A stretch of 64,000 nucleotides of DNA, taken from Laetmonice hystrix (lineage: Eukaryota). Both the position numbers and the translations under genes were made by a program. The stretch lies in assembly GCA_965235115.1 (NCBI GenBank), contig OZ249436.1:34224001-34288000 (forward strand). The letters run 5' to 3'. Of this stretch, positions 1 through 13,360 are shown in pieces (within the stretch, counting starts at the first letter, position 1; each line of letters begins with the position of its first letter). Under the pieces are notes generated by a model that saw only the letters and a program-made list of their open reading frames with translations, was not told where the DNA came from and did no database searches.

Positions 1-303
1 GTTGGTGATCGGGACGCAATGGACACTTGACAACACTTTAATAAAGTGTGGCCATGTGAGCCGATCTACTGGTGTTTGCTCAACACTCGGCCCGGCTGGC
101 TGCTCCCATCAACAAGGACCTGCCACAAATGGCATGGCAGGCCAAGCCAAAGGCCAAATGTCACGCTAAGGCTATACACGGACAGGTCGAATGAATAGCT
201 TTTACAGGTGACTTTCATCATTGTTTTCAATGGACATTTTATATATATGACTGTTTCTAGCGTCTGACTCACACCCACACACCATGTAATGGTCGTTGGA
301 TGA

Positions 304-324
304 CTGCTGCTGCTGCTGCTGCTG
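304..324. repeat. (CTG)7 microsatellite
   Basis: Seven perfect CTG units read directly. Confidence 0.95.
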
Positions 325-3300
325 GTTCTGGTTCTGGAGGACCATCTCTAGTATGATGTTGTACAGACCATAGGTATAGGATCTTTATAACTATCTAAGG
401 ACAATATAAGGGTACCAATGGGTCTGAATGAAAACTGAAGGCATGCCGCCATAGCCCAGTTCTGGAGCAAAGAGGCTAACATCATCATACTGGGACGTGT
501 TCAGAACGTTTACTGTGCATCTTTGTTACAAGGCATTGGTATTTTAATAGTGGTGTTTTTCTGACATTATTTTTCAGTTATGTTAAGTAGTTGTCTGTTT
601 AATGGACCAGCAGGTATTGGAGTTGTCGGATATATATGCTGATATAGTATTGACATTCTGGCCACGATTTAAACCCCAACCTTTAAATTTAAACCCCAAC
701 TTCCAAATTGGCTTCTATATTGAAGACAATGCCATCTGTTTTCAGATCATACCTACATTATGTTCAGAACAGTGTGTAAGGGTAGTTTCTATGAATGAAA
801 GGGGTGCATTCCGGAATCTTGTACATTACCCTGCTTGGGCGATTTAAACATTCTCCATATACTGCCCACATTTAGAGACATCATTTATTGAAATATATCC
901 ATGACATTTGAAGTGTATTTATGATTTGCATATATCTATACAAGCACACTGAGCCCCGAGATGGATGGTCATCAAGGTTGTGGTCTTGTGATCATAATTT
1001 ATAGGTATTTCTTTGGTTTTTGAAGTTTAAACATCAGCGTTTATTCGGCAATAGCGACGTTCGACGGTAGAGTTGGCTGCTGTACTGCAGTATTGAAGAC
1101 AGGATAATATCAGTGTGAAAAGATGTGTAACGGAATCTGTATTATGTTAAAGATGTTGATCCCCTAGTGAAAAATTCCTGAATTTCTTATTGATCCTTGT
1201 GACTTCGTTATTGAGATATCGCCCAGCAGTGCTATAAGAGTTTTGAGGCCCTCAAATTGGGTACATCAGTCGTCATGATTGGTTTATAAATTGTCTTATC
1301 TCTAGCATGCCAGTACACATGTCAAATGTACCAGACAGAATGTTACATGGCACGAGGTTTTATCTCAAGGACTGGGTGATAAAGTTAGCAGCCAAAGGGG
1401 GAATGTCAGAACGGGCATGGAGGACCGTTGGAACATTCATCGTGGTGGCCCTCTTATCAAGGTACCTACGGTATAAATCAGGCTGTTGCTGGTTATGTGT
1501 AATATCGGTGTCCCAGGGAGTTATGTGACGTTTGTCTGGCTCGCTTCTAGAGGAAAATGTATACAGTTTGAGTTAAGTCTGGGGGTATGTCTGGCCAGTG
1601 CTGCCTTTGGCTTGAGGAAGAAACATTCGTAAGCCCTGTTATAATGTCAGTGCCATTATTTTGGATCTGTCTGTTGCCAGGTCTTGGTGTTAAGCCTAGT
1701 ACTGATATCTGGGAGTACTGCGATGCTGGAGTAGGCGAATGGAATAAAGGAATGGGATTCTCTTGGAGAGCTGTGTATAATTTACCTCCGATTATATGTC
1801 TGTGGGCGGTTTCACAAGGAGCTAACTTGATGAAAACTGTAACTCTACATTGGCGAATAATAGGGTGGCTCTGCAGCGCTGACAGGTCGGCAGTGCCCGT
1901 GTATGTAGGGGGTGGGGGTGGTTAGACGGGTATAGGTAGACAGGAGCCGCACGCACACACCCTGAAGGTAGGCTTGGTCTCAGTGATCAATCTCACCATC
2001 TGAAGGCTGTGTACGTCGAGCGAGCCGCCCGCCAGCCCAGCTGGATGCTGTCTTTGAGATCACCGATTAATACCAAGAAGGCCACAAAGGTTGACAAGCA
2101 GCGACCTTCACGCCCCACTGACTCGACCTTGGATCCACAAAGGGGCGGAGGGCATCCTGCCGAGGTGGCGGGCTTGAAAGGGTCTGGTGGAGCGGGATGA
2201 AAGTGTCGACTTACCCGAGGTGCAACACGGCCGGGGCGGGGGCAGCGGCAGACAAATTGAAAAAGTGTGAGAGGTAGTTTGAGGATTTTTGTGGTTGGGT
2301 AAACGTAGGCAGTGTGAGGGGGCTGGCACGGTGGTGGTTTCAGTCGACCTGTGGCGCTTTGATCAGCCAACGATAAGTGGCGGAGAGGGCATGTGCCACT
2401 AGCGACCAGACGTTCTCGATCCCTTGATCGCCTCACCCTCCCCGCCGTTACACACAGAAAGAGAGCAAAGAACTCGGCCTCCTCCCACTGACCAAACGGA
2501 TGGATGTATGACGGACTGACGTACAAGGGACAGGACAAATCAATGTCAGCTGGAGTCTTGACTGTAACCTACCCACACCGGGGGTTCGCCTGGGAGGGGC
2601 CCAGGGAGGAGGGCATCAGGAGGGGCGCTTATTAGTGCCCTTCTCACCCGAGCCCCGAGAGGCCCCCTCACAACACACAAGGGGGGCTGACGGGCGCTGT
2701 TGGTTGAGGGCCATTTCGCCCCCCTTCACAGTGCCTCGCAACATTATTATTCCAAACTCATTCCAAATTTCCAATTTGAGACTTGTTTAATTTGAGACTT
2801 GTTTAAGGTTGGGTGAGCAGAAAATGGCAGGTCAGTTTGCTGCTGGGTCGTGCCAGACGGGACAACGGGGGGTGGGGTGGGGGTGGGGGTTCGTTCTCAC
2901 ACTCACCCTCCCTGGCCCTTATGATCTGTAGTTATCGTTTAACTGGCTATAGAGCACTGCTTCTTGGTCTACTGGCTGGGGGAAAACAGTCAGAGATCAT
3001 GCGGGGTCAGAGCTGAGGTCAATAACATCACATTAGAAGACGAATCAATGGGTGAGAGTTTATATAAAACCAGAGATCTTTTGTATTATATTATTTCCCT
3101 GCATGTCCGTCGCCATAACCTATTATCCTTCATATCATTTTGTTTATTCAGTAGGCCTACACGTTTTTCGGTCGCTCGCAGAATTGGAAATATGAAAGCT
3201 GAACTCAAATAGATTTGAAAAATAGATCAAAAGCAAAAAATATATGTGACAATTTCTGAAATTTACCGTTGGGCAGTGCACTGATGGTGATGCATGGGTC

Positions 3301-5539
3301 TCTGTAGCTATAGAAGCCTGACTGACACTGTGGTATAGGACCATCAGGGTCTATCTAGCGAGGCGTCCTATCTAATATCCACGTTACTTATTAATGCTGT
3401 GTCCACTCACCGCATCAGTGTGACCTGCAAAAACATGTACGACTCTGTATTTGTTATAATGACCTCATCCGCAATGAGTCGGGTTTTAGGTTGTGGGGAC
3501 CGGGCGCGGACGAAATCCCAGTCCCAATTTGCCAACTGCCATGGTTGAGTGTCCGGAGACAATAGGTTCAGAATCCCAGCTTAATCTCAATTTGCCGCTG
3601 ACACCGCTGACTGATGACACCCCTGCTTTTTGACACTGCGTTTCATGATGGGTCGGACACAATGCTAAGTGCCGTGTAAAGGGATGACAGTGATGTGAGA
3701 GGTCAGCCGGCAGCCTGACACCTCCACCTCCACCCACCCTCTCTTCTCCTCCACGGCTGTCCTGCCACCTTTCCTCCCCATCCTCCCTTCTCCTCGCCTT
3801 CCCACCCAAAGCTAGTAATTAAAACGCATACGATGCCACCGCAAACGCCAGCCGCACTGAAGCAGCAAATTTGTTTGAATAATACAAACTCGTACCCTGG
3901 AGATCAATTGGAGCTAGGAAGGCAGCCTGCGCATTATATAATTTCATTTGCCACTGGACGTGACTGATGAGGCCTCATAGTTTTGTGACATGCAGAGGTC
4001 ACGAGATGTCGTTTTAAAAGAGCAGTAATGAGCGCCCAATCGATCCCGCCGCAGTTAGCTCCTCCAATGGGCCGTCATGTGTTATCATGTCGTCAATTTC
4101 GCCACATATATTTGGCACATATATGAATAGTTGTGCCCCGATGTAAAAGATGTTTTAGGTCGATTGCCCGTGTTAGCCACTTATGGAATCATACGGTAAT
4201 GAGCGGAAATATGCCAACTTTCATGTCAAGGCTAGGGCCATCCCAGGATACCATTGATATGGCAGGTTGATTTCGGTGCCGTCCGGATCACCCAGTCAGC
4301 CTACTTCTCTCTAATCCCTCAACTTCTCTTGTAACAAGTGACAAGTTTTTTTATAAAGCAAAAATGAATATCCCATTAGAGATTTGCTCTGATTATGTCT
4401 ATACCGTATTGTCTGTGTTCAGTGATCTTCAGTTTCGCCCGTTAATCTTGTAGTAATCATTGTCATCCACACCCCTTTTTTTCTCCTTCTTTTATTTGAC
4501 GTGTCAGCTCAGCCAGACAGGGGCGGAAAGGGTTAATCCCAGTGTAAAGTGTAATCACAATATATGAGCAAGCCAGTGCCGCTGACATATGAATATTGTA
4601 CGTATTAATAATACCCCGATGTGTGCAGTGACAGGCCTGCTGGTGGAAACAGTGTGCAGGTCAGGGCACGGAGCTCATTGGCCGACCCCGGAGTAACAGC
4701 AGGTCACTCGGCAACAATCACGTGTGTAGCGAGGGGCTGTAACGCCCGGTAAACGGCATAGAGTTGGCATGACATGGGGGCTGCCATTATGGGTGTCAGC
4801 TTATTCGGTTATCAGGGTCTCCCCCCACCCCCTGGTTGGTTCATAGCTAGACGTGACAAGGCTATCGGCTCGCTGCCAAATTACCACCAGTCTAATCGAC
4901 CCAGCCTGAACTGAGTGGTAACCTTGGGATCATCCAGTCATTCACTCATCTTATTTACCCAGAGCAAGCTTTCCATTTTTTTACATGTCCTAAATTATCA
5001 TCATTCCTTTTTGGATCTATTTCAGGGCCTGTAGTAATTTTCAGTAAAAAATTAAACACGTTTCAATTTCACACGTCCTGGGATAGCTATAGGTCATGTA
5101 TATATAATACATGATGAGAACTAATAGAAGGTTCATTTTATGGACTGTACAGTTCTGTGATATATACGAATATTTCAAACACGGATAGGTTGAAGAAACA
5201 CTATCCTTATAAGGGAATCTATTTATTAGCTGGGATGAGACATACACGTATAGGCTCTAAATTAATGCCAATTGCAAGTAGGTCTTCCGCACTGTTCGGA
5301 GAATCAGATTTATAACATGTTTTATTGTTTAAAACACTTGGCAAGTGATATACAAATCGCCGGAGTTGTTCAAATAGTTGACTCACAAATAACATATTCA
5401 CTTAGAAATAATAAGACTGGGAATTTATAGGTTTCCTACGTGATTTAAACTGATTGAATTGTTACATAATTCATAAGGTAAATATTACAGTAGCTGACTT
5501 TAATTTGGATGAGTAGAGTTTGCTGTGCTGCAGGAGAGC

Positions 5540-6030
5540 GTGGCCGAGCGTTTGGCACTTGTCAGAGGTCAATTGGACTGTATGTGTACAGGGTTTGATG
5601 CCATTGACATCTGCCATGACGCACAATTGATCTCACTTGCAAATATGTGCACGCCATAAACACTAGATATGTTGGCAAAAGTTTGACGGCCATTTCCCGC
5701 TGGGGTTGTAAGGGATCCACGCGGGGGGCGGCTGGGAACCGGCGGATGTCATCGTAACACACAGCCAGAAGCCAAGGGGTTACACCGCAAGGAGTAGTGC
5801 TATCCCTGTAGTATGTCAAAGGGACCTAACCTTGTGTGTTTGTCGGGGCAGGGTCATGTGTGGGGATGCCATTTTGGGTCAATGGGCATGCTATCAAACA
5901 GGAACCAGTCAGTCAACATAACGCGTTGTCGCACTGTGTTGTTGTCAGTTGTCGTTGTACAGTATAGGACGCCGTCGGCAAGGGTCCCATATCCCCGGCC
6001 ACCACTCGTAGGGACCCACTGGTGGCAGCC
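5540..6030 (-). mobile_element. Highly decayed Ty3/Gypsy-like integrase core remnant (tentative)
   Basis: - strand translation across frameshifts gives, in integrase order, RVVAGDMGPLPTAS (cf. RVAxDxxGPLP), RVMLTDWF (cf. YxLVxxDxF), GPFDILQG (cf. GxPxxxxSDQG) and PYNPSG (cf. PYHPQxNG). It has many stops and the motif match is by eye only. Confidence 0.35.
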
Positions 6031-7899
6031 CTACACAGGTTATATATATACCACAGCCAACCTTAGGTTTTATAACTCTCACACACTGGCCAATCTTTTG
6101 TTTGCCACAGGCAAATGTAACAACTCCCAAATAAAACATCATTTTCACTTGTAAAAAACGCAGAGGTAAGAGAAAACAGACCACACGCTTTGAAAGGGCG
6201 TTTAGTTCAGCAGGCAATGGCTAGAAACGTGCCTTGAGGTCCTGGGCGGCACACAGCTACCCGGGTGATAAAGCTTTGCCCCTCAGTCATCTCCATGCCT
6301 ATTGCGTTCAGTTTTAAACAAGATAATTGCAAGCAGTTAATAAGCATACCTAGGTATGTCAGCTAGAAGTCTATCGTTGTCTTCTGTGACATATACGATT
6401 AGAAATATGATTAACTCTATGATCTACAGCCTGGAGGTCTATGATTTATAGCTATATTGTCTGACTGAAAATCATTTGCGATATGACATTGCTATATCCT
6501 ACATTTTTAGTTAAGTTATGGAATCGTTACAATTGCTGCAATGAACGAAGCAATTTCAGTAATGTCAGCATGTCTTTTATGTTATGTATTGCAGTCAATG
6601 AGTAAGAATAAAAGGAGGCCATCCGGTTAGAAAAAAACTATATTCTACCTGTAGTAATTAACGTATACACATGTACAGGGGTGCGTTTCTCATCATGTCG
6701 TTAGCTTGTCGTATCGTTAACTCCAATGTATTTTCAATGGGGATACAATACAAGGCCTCGCGCAACAAAAGGGATAACCTCCCCTCTCAACGCCTCAGCT
6801 TCCAGCCTTTTATCAACTTGATAGTGTTTTATCGCTTTCATTGTCCATTAAGATTATTGAGTAATGTGTCGGTGAAATACCATTTTGAAATCTCCGGAGC
6901 AGAGCACTTCCGCTTCCGGTATTGCTTGCCCCAGAGTGGTTGCGATCAGATGTGCCTGGTGCTGGCCGTGAGAGGGGCCATTGGTTCATTGCCTCGAGTT
7001 GTATCGTCAAAACACTGAATGTGACTGCATTCCATTAATACATCTTTTGTTACATATAAACGTTACCTTTGAACTTATGTAGATTAGTTTAGATTATCTT
7101 ATAAAAAAAATCACAGATCACTCCATTGCTTAAGGAAATACATGTACAACTGCGCACGCCGAACTTGGCTTCGACGAATCAATTGCCCATGGCTACTAAT
7201 TGGAAAAATCATAAAAGTTGATGCTCTGGTGGTACATGGAAATCATTTGAAATTGTGTGAAGGTGTCGACCATGTTAGAGTGCTGAGAGAGCCCTTGCGT
7301 GTATGGTGTATACATAATGCAACTAGAAGAATGTGTCTGAGGTGTCACGAGCCTGTCAGACTTAAAGTTGACCTGCTTTATTGAAGACGCAATAACGGTG
7401 TGTCAATTACGGCTTGATGTAAATGGTTTGACACTTAGAGGCCATATTGTCACATTGATGAGCGGATGTTAGAGTTGATTGCGGACCTTAGGTTTTCACT
7501 GAGGAACGTGGGTGACACCACCGGGTCTTGTCATCATTGAACAATAGTCGTCACACTGGGTGACAGACAGTCACACTTGGAGGCAGTTATACCAACGGTT
7601 GGATTAAAAAAAACGTGGATCTTAGCTGTAAAGGTAATGTCGCTTACCTGTACGCACAGGCTGCTGAGAACAAAATATATTCAGATCCCTTGGTAGTTCG
7701 ACCCGTTCAATAGACACTACCTAATCGAGGCAGCCCCAAGTATAAATCCACTTATTGTAATGCACGGTGCATGCAATGGCAAGCCAGTAGGTGGACTTGT
7801 AATTCACTACACAGGATAACGTGTCACTATTGAAATTGAGCCTGGCAATAATGTGTGACCAGTATTAATCACCAAAGGTACTCTTTACAGTTCCCTGTA

Positions 7900-8360
7900 C
7901 TCTGTACATATGTGTACTTTACGTTGATGATTTGACCAGTGTATATCGTGCCATTTTTGGTGTAATGTTATAATGGGTTTCATACACGGAGGTGTTTACC
8001 CAGTACTCGGACATCCGTGTTGGAGGTCTATGTTTGAGAGATGATATGATGCCTACTGTTGTCAGCTGCGCCATGGGTATATTGTATCGGATGGCAGTAT
8101 GACCGCTCCCGTGAACTTTTGTCTCATTCACAATGACATTAGAACCCTTCACGCCTCTGACTGTTTTAATGAGCTGCTCGGCCTCTGTCTCACCTTTTCC
8201 CCAGTTCCTACGTCATAAAAATCTATAATGGTTCCTAACAAGAAACGCAATGCCCCGATGTAGGTCTTTAGGTGACTATTGTTTTTAACACAATGTAAGA
8301 ATATCCCGAACCCCGTGTGGTGGAAACCTTCTGGTAGAGAATTAGATACAGAGATCACTT
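7900..8360 (-). mobile_element. Possible decayed Gypsy RT-thumb/RNase H connection remnant
   Basis: KNNSHLKTYIGALRF resembles PxNxxELRSFLGLxGYY and lies upstream of the putative integrase remnant on the same strand. The match is weak. Confidence 0.2.
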
Positions 8361-9499
8361 CTTCGGGCGACTATAAGCCACGGTAATTTGTGGCTCCGGT
8401 GGGTGTTTGCGGCGGGAATGGCACATTGAGGCGGTGAGAATGGCACATTACGGTTTAGTGTTTAATTGGGTGTCAGTGGCTTGGATACAGCAGGAGTGAG
8501 CGCATGGTGGGACGTGAAATCTATGCCGTGGGGGATCATCATATTGATTTGGCCTGTTTCTTCAGTCTAAAGTAGTTTGAGGCAAGGTGTTGGGGTGTAA
8601 TAAAGACGCTTACTTTTGTCATTGATTACGTATGAAGTGTGAGGGATCAAGGCCAGGCCAGCATATCTTCACGTTGACACCAAAGTCTCCTCACCCGGAG
8701 ACAAGCAGGTGTGAGGTGTTGGTGTACTGTTTGACGTAACGCGCGGGATCCGTCGTGCTAGTAAAGGTGGCCAGGGTTAGGGTTAGACCTATAATCGAGT
8801 GGGGTTTGGAGGTGGAGGTTGGCTGGCGGATGTATCTATGTTTCGGTATATGTTGTTGTGATCAGGAGGTCAGATAGCTCCACTGCTACCCCCGCCGTTA
8901 CCAGCCTTGGCTCACAGCACCAGTAGACAAACCGGGTTAGAGGCCCGTGACCCACAGTATTAACAGATTCATGTGAGGCGGCGACCTATTGCATATCAGT
9001 GACTGGTCCTGGTACGTAGGGGCCACAAATAATAAATCAGGGGTGACCCAGACCGTGACTGACAGCTTCGATTGTGTGCTCAGTGCATGGTTGGTATATC
9101 CCTGACAAAGCCATGGCCGACCAGGGCAAACTGCGCAGAAAGACCTCTGCCACGTCCCCTGATAGCTGATAATAAATAGATTACCCTCTCTACCCTCTAC
9201 CTTTTAAAGCAGGTCGTTCGGTTTTAAACCAGACAAACTACACTAACCTACAGACACAATGATATTGTTATTCCACAGGGCACACCTTACATGTCGAGAA
9301 ACGCCCATGAGCTAACATTAGCATGAAGAGAATATTACAGGTGAGGGGATAGATCTAAGAGTTAGTTCACATGCATGGCAGCATTAGATTTAGAAAAGGA
9401 AGTCAAGGTAATAATGATAATCATAACGACAGCAAGGCAGGGGACGACAATACCAAACGGTACCTATAGATGGGAGGACCAGACATTTGACACACCAGA

Positions 9500-9900
9500 T
9501 AACATTGTGGCCCCATTTTGTCCGAGCGGCTGTTTTAATAGATGAAGACTATTACAGTCTCACCTGGAACACCTGTGGCGACACGCAGTGGTCGTATATA
9601 ATGATCAGATTACAAGCGACACTAACCGGCCGAAAAGTGACACGCCTGGCCCCCAGGTCTCCGGCCCACTGCCGCCATTGAGCACCAACCACTTGTGGGT
9701 GGACAAATACAATTCACGCCCACCTGCGCGGCAAAATTATCCCATACCGCATACTGCGGGTAATCATGATTTTTAAGTCCATGTCTGGTTGGGAGTATAT
9801 CAAAGTTCCCGACCTGGATGGAAGGATTTGTGTCTGTGTTACCGGTTTTTACTCCAGTGGTAACGTAAGAAAGTTGGACGACGGGGAATGTTCAGGAGTA
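9500..9900 (+). mobile_element. Possible decayed Gypsy integrase remnant
   Basis: SGPLPPLSTNHLWVDKYNSRP resembles GPLPPSxGxxxLLVxVDxxSRWP and is preceded by a WPHF-like motif. The match is weak. Confidence 0.22.
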
Positions 9901-10468
9901 CATCTATACAAAAAGGAACAATGTATAGAATATGCCACTGCTAGTTCTATCTATTTGTATAAGTGGAAGCGTATACATCATATTTTAACGTTTCACCTCA
10001 AATCAATATCATTAAGATACATTCCTCTCTGTTCTCCAAGAGTTATATGTAGTATGGTGGGGACAGGTTTATAATAAGTAGTAGGTTGGGATGGTGACAG
10101 CGGTGAGTGACCGGGTCTAAGGGTAAGTATGCTGGTACAATCAGGAGCTATAGACATGGCCCCTATTATCTGACTCAGTCTGTATATACTGGGGTACAGA
10201 ACAGGACAACTACCCCCGTCATCGTCATCACTTAATTAATAGCTCTTCCTTACCCTGCTAAATATACAAGTCTGACCTTTAGACCTTTGGGGCCTCCTCG
10301 GGCACAGGAGCGTACTGTAGGTATTGTCCGTTTTTTAATAAATAAAGTCGAGAAATCGAGGCACACATACGTTTTTCTTGGTATAGGATGGGATTTGTTC
10401 TGGTCGAGTTCGAGTTCTTCACATTTATTTCATTCTGCACCCTTCGACCGTGTTTGTCGTACACATGC

Positions 10469-10798
10469 AGCTATTTTATGCATGGTTCTACTCTAGACTG
10501 CTATGTTTATAACCATACTACATGACAGTTAAAGCTATTTTATGCATGGTTCTACTCTAGACTGCTATGTTTATAACCATACTACATGACAGTTAAAGCT
10601 ATTTTATGCATGGTTCTACTCTAGACTGCTATGTTTATAACCATACTACATGAGAGTTAAAGCTATTTTATGCATGGTTCTACTCTAGACTGCTATGTTT
10701 ATAACCATACTACATGACAGTTAAAGCTATTTTATGCATGGTTCTACTCTAGACTGCTATGTTTATAACCATACTACATGAGAGTTAAAGCTATTTTA
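10469..10798. repeat. 64-bp tandem array, 5 near-identical units plus a partial unit
   Basis: Unit AGCTATTTTATGCATGGTTCTACTCTAGACTGCTATGTTTATAACCATACTACATGA(C/G)AGTTAA starts at 10469, 10533, 10597, 10661, 10725 and partially at 10789. Confidence 0.97.
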
Positions 10799-11443
10799 GC
10801 AACCATATTCCTCAGGTGGGAATTATCATCATTGGATACATTTCCATGTAGTTTGTGTTTGTGAATTCGTGACTTGTTGTGAGGATTGTCGATTACACGT
10901 TGACATTTATAAACGGAAAGCAGCTGTATAAAAAAGTTTCACAACTGAATGATTTATATCACCGTGACATCTAAAAGTTTGTGAATTATATATTATGTGG
11001 TACAGATGATGGATCATTCAGCTTCAGTCGAGGGTAACAAAAGGGGGCTCTCAATTTCTTCATGGGAAAATACGAGAAGGTATGTAAGTAGTGGGTTATT
11101 GTGCTATATAAGGAGGAGGATGTCACATTACGATCCCAGGGGTGATAGTCCTGTATGGTGACATTCCCCCCGACAGATGGGGGTTTCCCTATACCAATCA
11201 TAACATGTCCTCACTCCTGGATAATTATTACATATATACAAGGTCGCAAATACTTACGTGATATATATACAAAGGCGGTCATTATTGCGCCATATAATTA
11301 TCATATATACTTTTTTTTTGTATCATGAAAAATATGTGTAAGTAGAGTTGTGTTGTTTTTTTCTGTCGTAACGGGTTAGAGGGATGGAGTTGAGGTTGTC
11401 CCATTGAAGAGATTGTGCTAACAGAGTCTACACCCAATCTACG

Positions 11444-11776
11444 TCATGTGTCAATACTGGGCATGTTGACATGAGGATTGCTCCGCTCCTGGCTCCTGAT
11501 GTAGTCCGGTAGAACGTAGCGCGGGTCGTGGCGGGTCGTGGCGGGTCGTGGCGGGTCGTAGTGATGGGCCTCATGTCGTATACCAATGTCAGCTCCGCTC
11601 GGTGAGGTCACAGCCAATAGTTGGTGATGATCCACTAGGGGTATGGCTATAGAGCGAAGCTGTGACTGGGATGACTGACCGTTTATAGTCACAGCATGGC
11701 GGTGATTAACGCCAGTGGTTGCGGCGCCCTTTCCTTGTATAGGTGGTGAACATTTTTCACCGACTGCATTCCATGC
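11444..11776 (-). CDS. Candidate terminal exon of an unidentified - strand gene
   Basis: Acceptor-like ggcttcactttacag precedes 11776. The phase-0 frame is open to a stop at 11444 (AWNAVGEK...PSIDT*), and the phase-2 frame gives HGMQSVKNVHHLYKERAPQPLALITAML*. No homology was recognised. Confidence 0.2.
   Translation of the reverse strand, partial: AWNAVGEKCSPPIQGKGAATTGVNHRHAVTINGQSSQSQLRSIAIPLVDHHQLLAVTSPSGADIGIRHEAHHYDPPRPATTRHDPRYVLPDYIRSQERSNPHVNMPSIDT
11521..11560. repeat. (GCGGGTCGTG)4 10-bp repeat
   Basis: Four consecutive 10-mers; the last ends in A. Confidence 0.95.
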
Positions 11777-12051
11777 CTGTAAAGTGAAGCCTAATTTAAT
11801 CATTGAACAAACAAAGTGACGGGAAGGTCAGGCAATACGGTTCAGGGAACTACTGGTTGACTGATGATGACGCACAGTGAGTGGGGCTTACTGAGAGAAC
11901 AATGCGAACCCTCGACATAAGTCAAGGCTGGTTCAGTTGGGCACATGAGGTTAGCAACATCCTTGGTTCCAGTCACTAGTTTTATCATCTTTAAAGCTAA
12001 TACTGAAGCGGCGACTGGCTAAGTAACAATTTTTTACCGTATAAACCTCAC

Positions 12052-12131
12052 CTTCCTCATGCTAGGGGTACGGATATGACAGCGGAAGGTGGTGGGCTGG
12101 TGGTGAAAGGTGTAGCAGTCATCCTGTCCAC
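12052..12131 (-). CDS. Candidate 80-nt internal exon (GQDDCYTFHHQPTTFRCHIRTPSMRK)
   Basis: Acceptor aaggctttgcag and donor AAG|gtgagg. Only the phase 1-to-0 frame is open, and it is compatible with the phase-0 reading of the 11776 exon. Confidence 0.33.
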
Positions 12132-12906
12132 CTGCAAAGCCTTATATTGAAATAGGGGTACAATAGGAGAAGGGAAATATTCTTCTTCTACTTTGGTCTG
12201 TGTGAGGTCATAGAGCCGAAAAATGTTGTTGCGATCAGTAGGCCTACATGGCTGCGTACTATATGAGATCAGATATTAAGAACTCATAAAATATGATAGA
12301 CTTTAAACGGCCAGAAAAAGAATATTACGACGAGGTCAACGACGAGATAAAACGTACCTTTCACCCCGAGCTATATGATAAATATGATGATCATACACTC
12401 GCCTGTATGTGAGGAAAATGAAATAGTAGGACTCCGATATAGAACTATGTCGTCGACAGAGATGCTAGAGTTTACATTTCGAATCAGTGCCTCGATGATT
12501 TCCTTTATTTTGATTTTTTTTTGGGGGGGGGGGGGGGCATTGTTTGACATCCAGATAATGGCAAAGGCTAATTCATACTAGTAGGGGGTAATATTCTTTT
12601 CCTGGAGCTTTAAGTTGAGACAGGACAGTACTATACAGTCTGGTCTGTGTTGGCCACTGTTGTCAGACAGTTGCCATTCTCTGTCCAGGTGGAGATGGCA
12701 GCACCGGCAGTCGCGCCGTTACCCGTTACAAGATCAAAGAGGGACGGAGAGAACGGACCGATTGGTGTCAAATGTGTCGAAGAGCTGATGGTCCTTTCAG
12801 CCTGTCTTAGATCAAGGCCGGCTGGGGGAGGGGGGGGGGGTTTGTGGTCAGTCTGTATTAAGGCTGAGATGAAGAGCCATCATCAGCCTCACTTAGGCCC
12901 GCTTAC

Positions 12907-13011
12907 CAAGACTTAGCACGGCCGGGTGCCAAGGTCAACAATTGCTTGTGCCATTTGCCTGGTGATTTGTGTGGACGATGAACGAGGACGAGCAGGGTTT
13001 TATGGTTGTAC
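12907..13011 (-). CDS. Candidate 105-nt exon (YNHKTLLVLVHRPHKSPGKWHKQLLTLAPGRAKS)
   Basis: Acceptor ...ccgacaacag and donor TTG|gtaagc. Only the phase 2-to-2 frame is open. Confidence 0.25.
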
Positions 13012-13274
13012 CTGTTGTCGGTTAATGGAGACGAATGGTATGGGAGGATACTGCTCTCATCCTCCGGACAGCCAACCAACAACCAACCAAACCATCGTTC
13101 AGGGCATTACATGGATTCTGGTTCTGCTATGGAGGGGGTTTGGAGACAGATCTCTGGCAGCACAAAGGGTGGCGATTGTCTAGTCTTAAAACTGGATAGA
13201 TTCGAAATATTAGAAGAATGCCGTACATTGCAAAAATAGGGACGCTGGTTAATCTCTTTTCAGAAAATCCTAGA

Positions 13275-13360
13275 ATTGGCCAAACGCGCTTCCGGTACGT
13301 TTAATTGGGTCAAGATGGCGTCATTGCTGACCTGATTTTTTCATTGGACACCAGGTAAAG
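13275..13360 (+). promoter_or_regulatory. Housekeeping-type promoter or first-exon motif cluster (ETS, YY1, CCAAT-like, splice donor)
   Basis: GCTTCCGG at 13288, CAAGATGGCG (YY1 consensus) at 13311-13320, several ATTGG motifs, and CAG|GTAAAG at 13355. Confidence 0.4.

Noticed and set aside
1993-2538. 181-aa - strand ORF
   Set aside because: GC-rich, with no recognisable domain or supportive splice or Kozak context. An APE-like resemblance failed on motif spacing.
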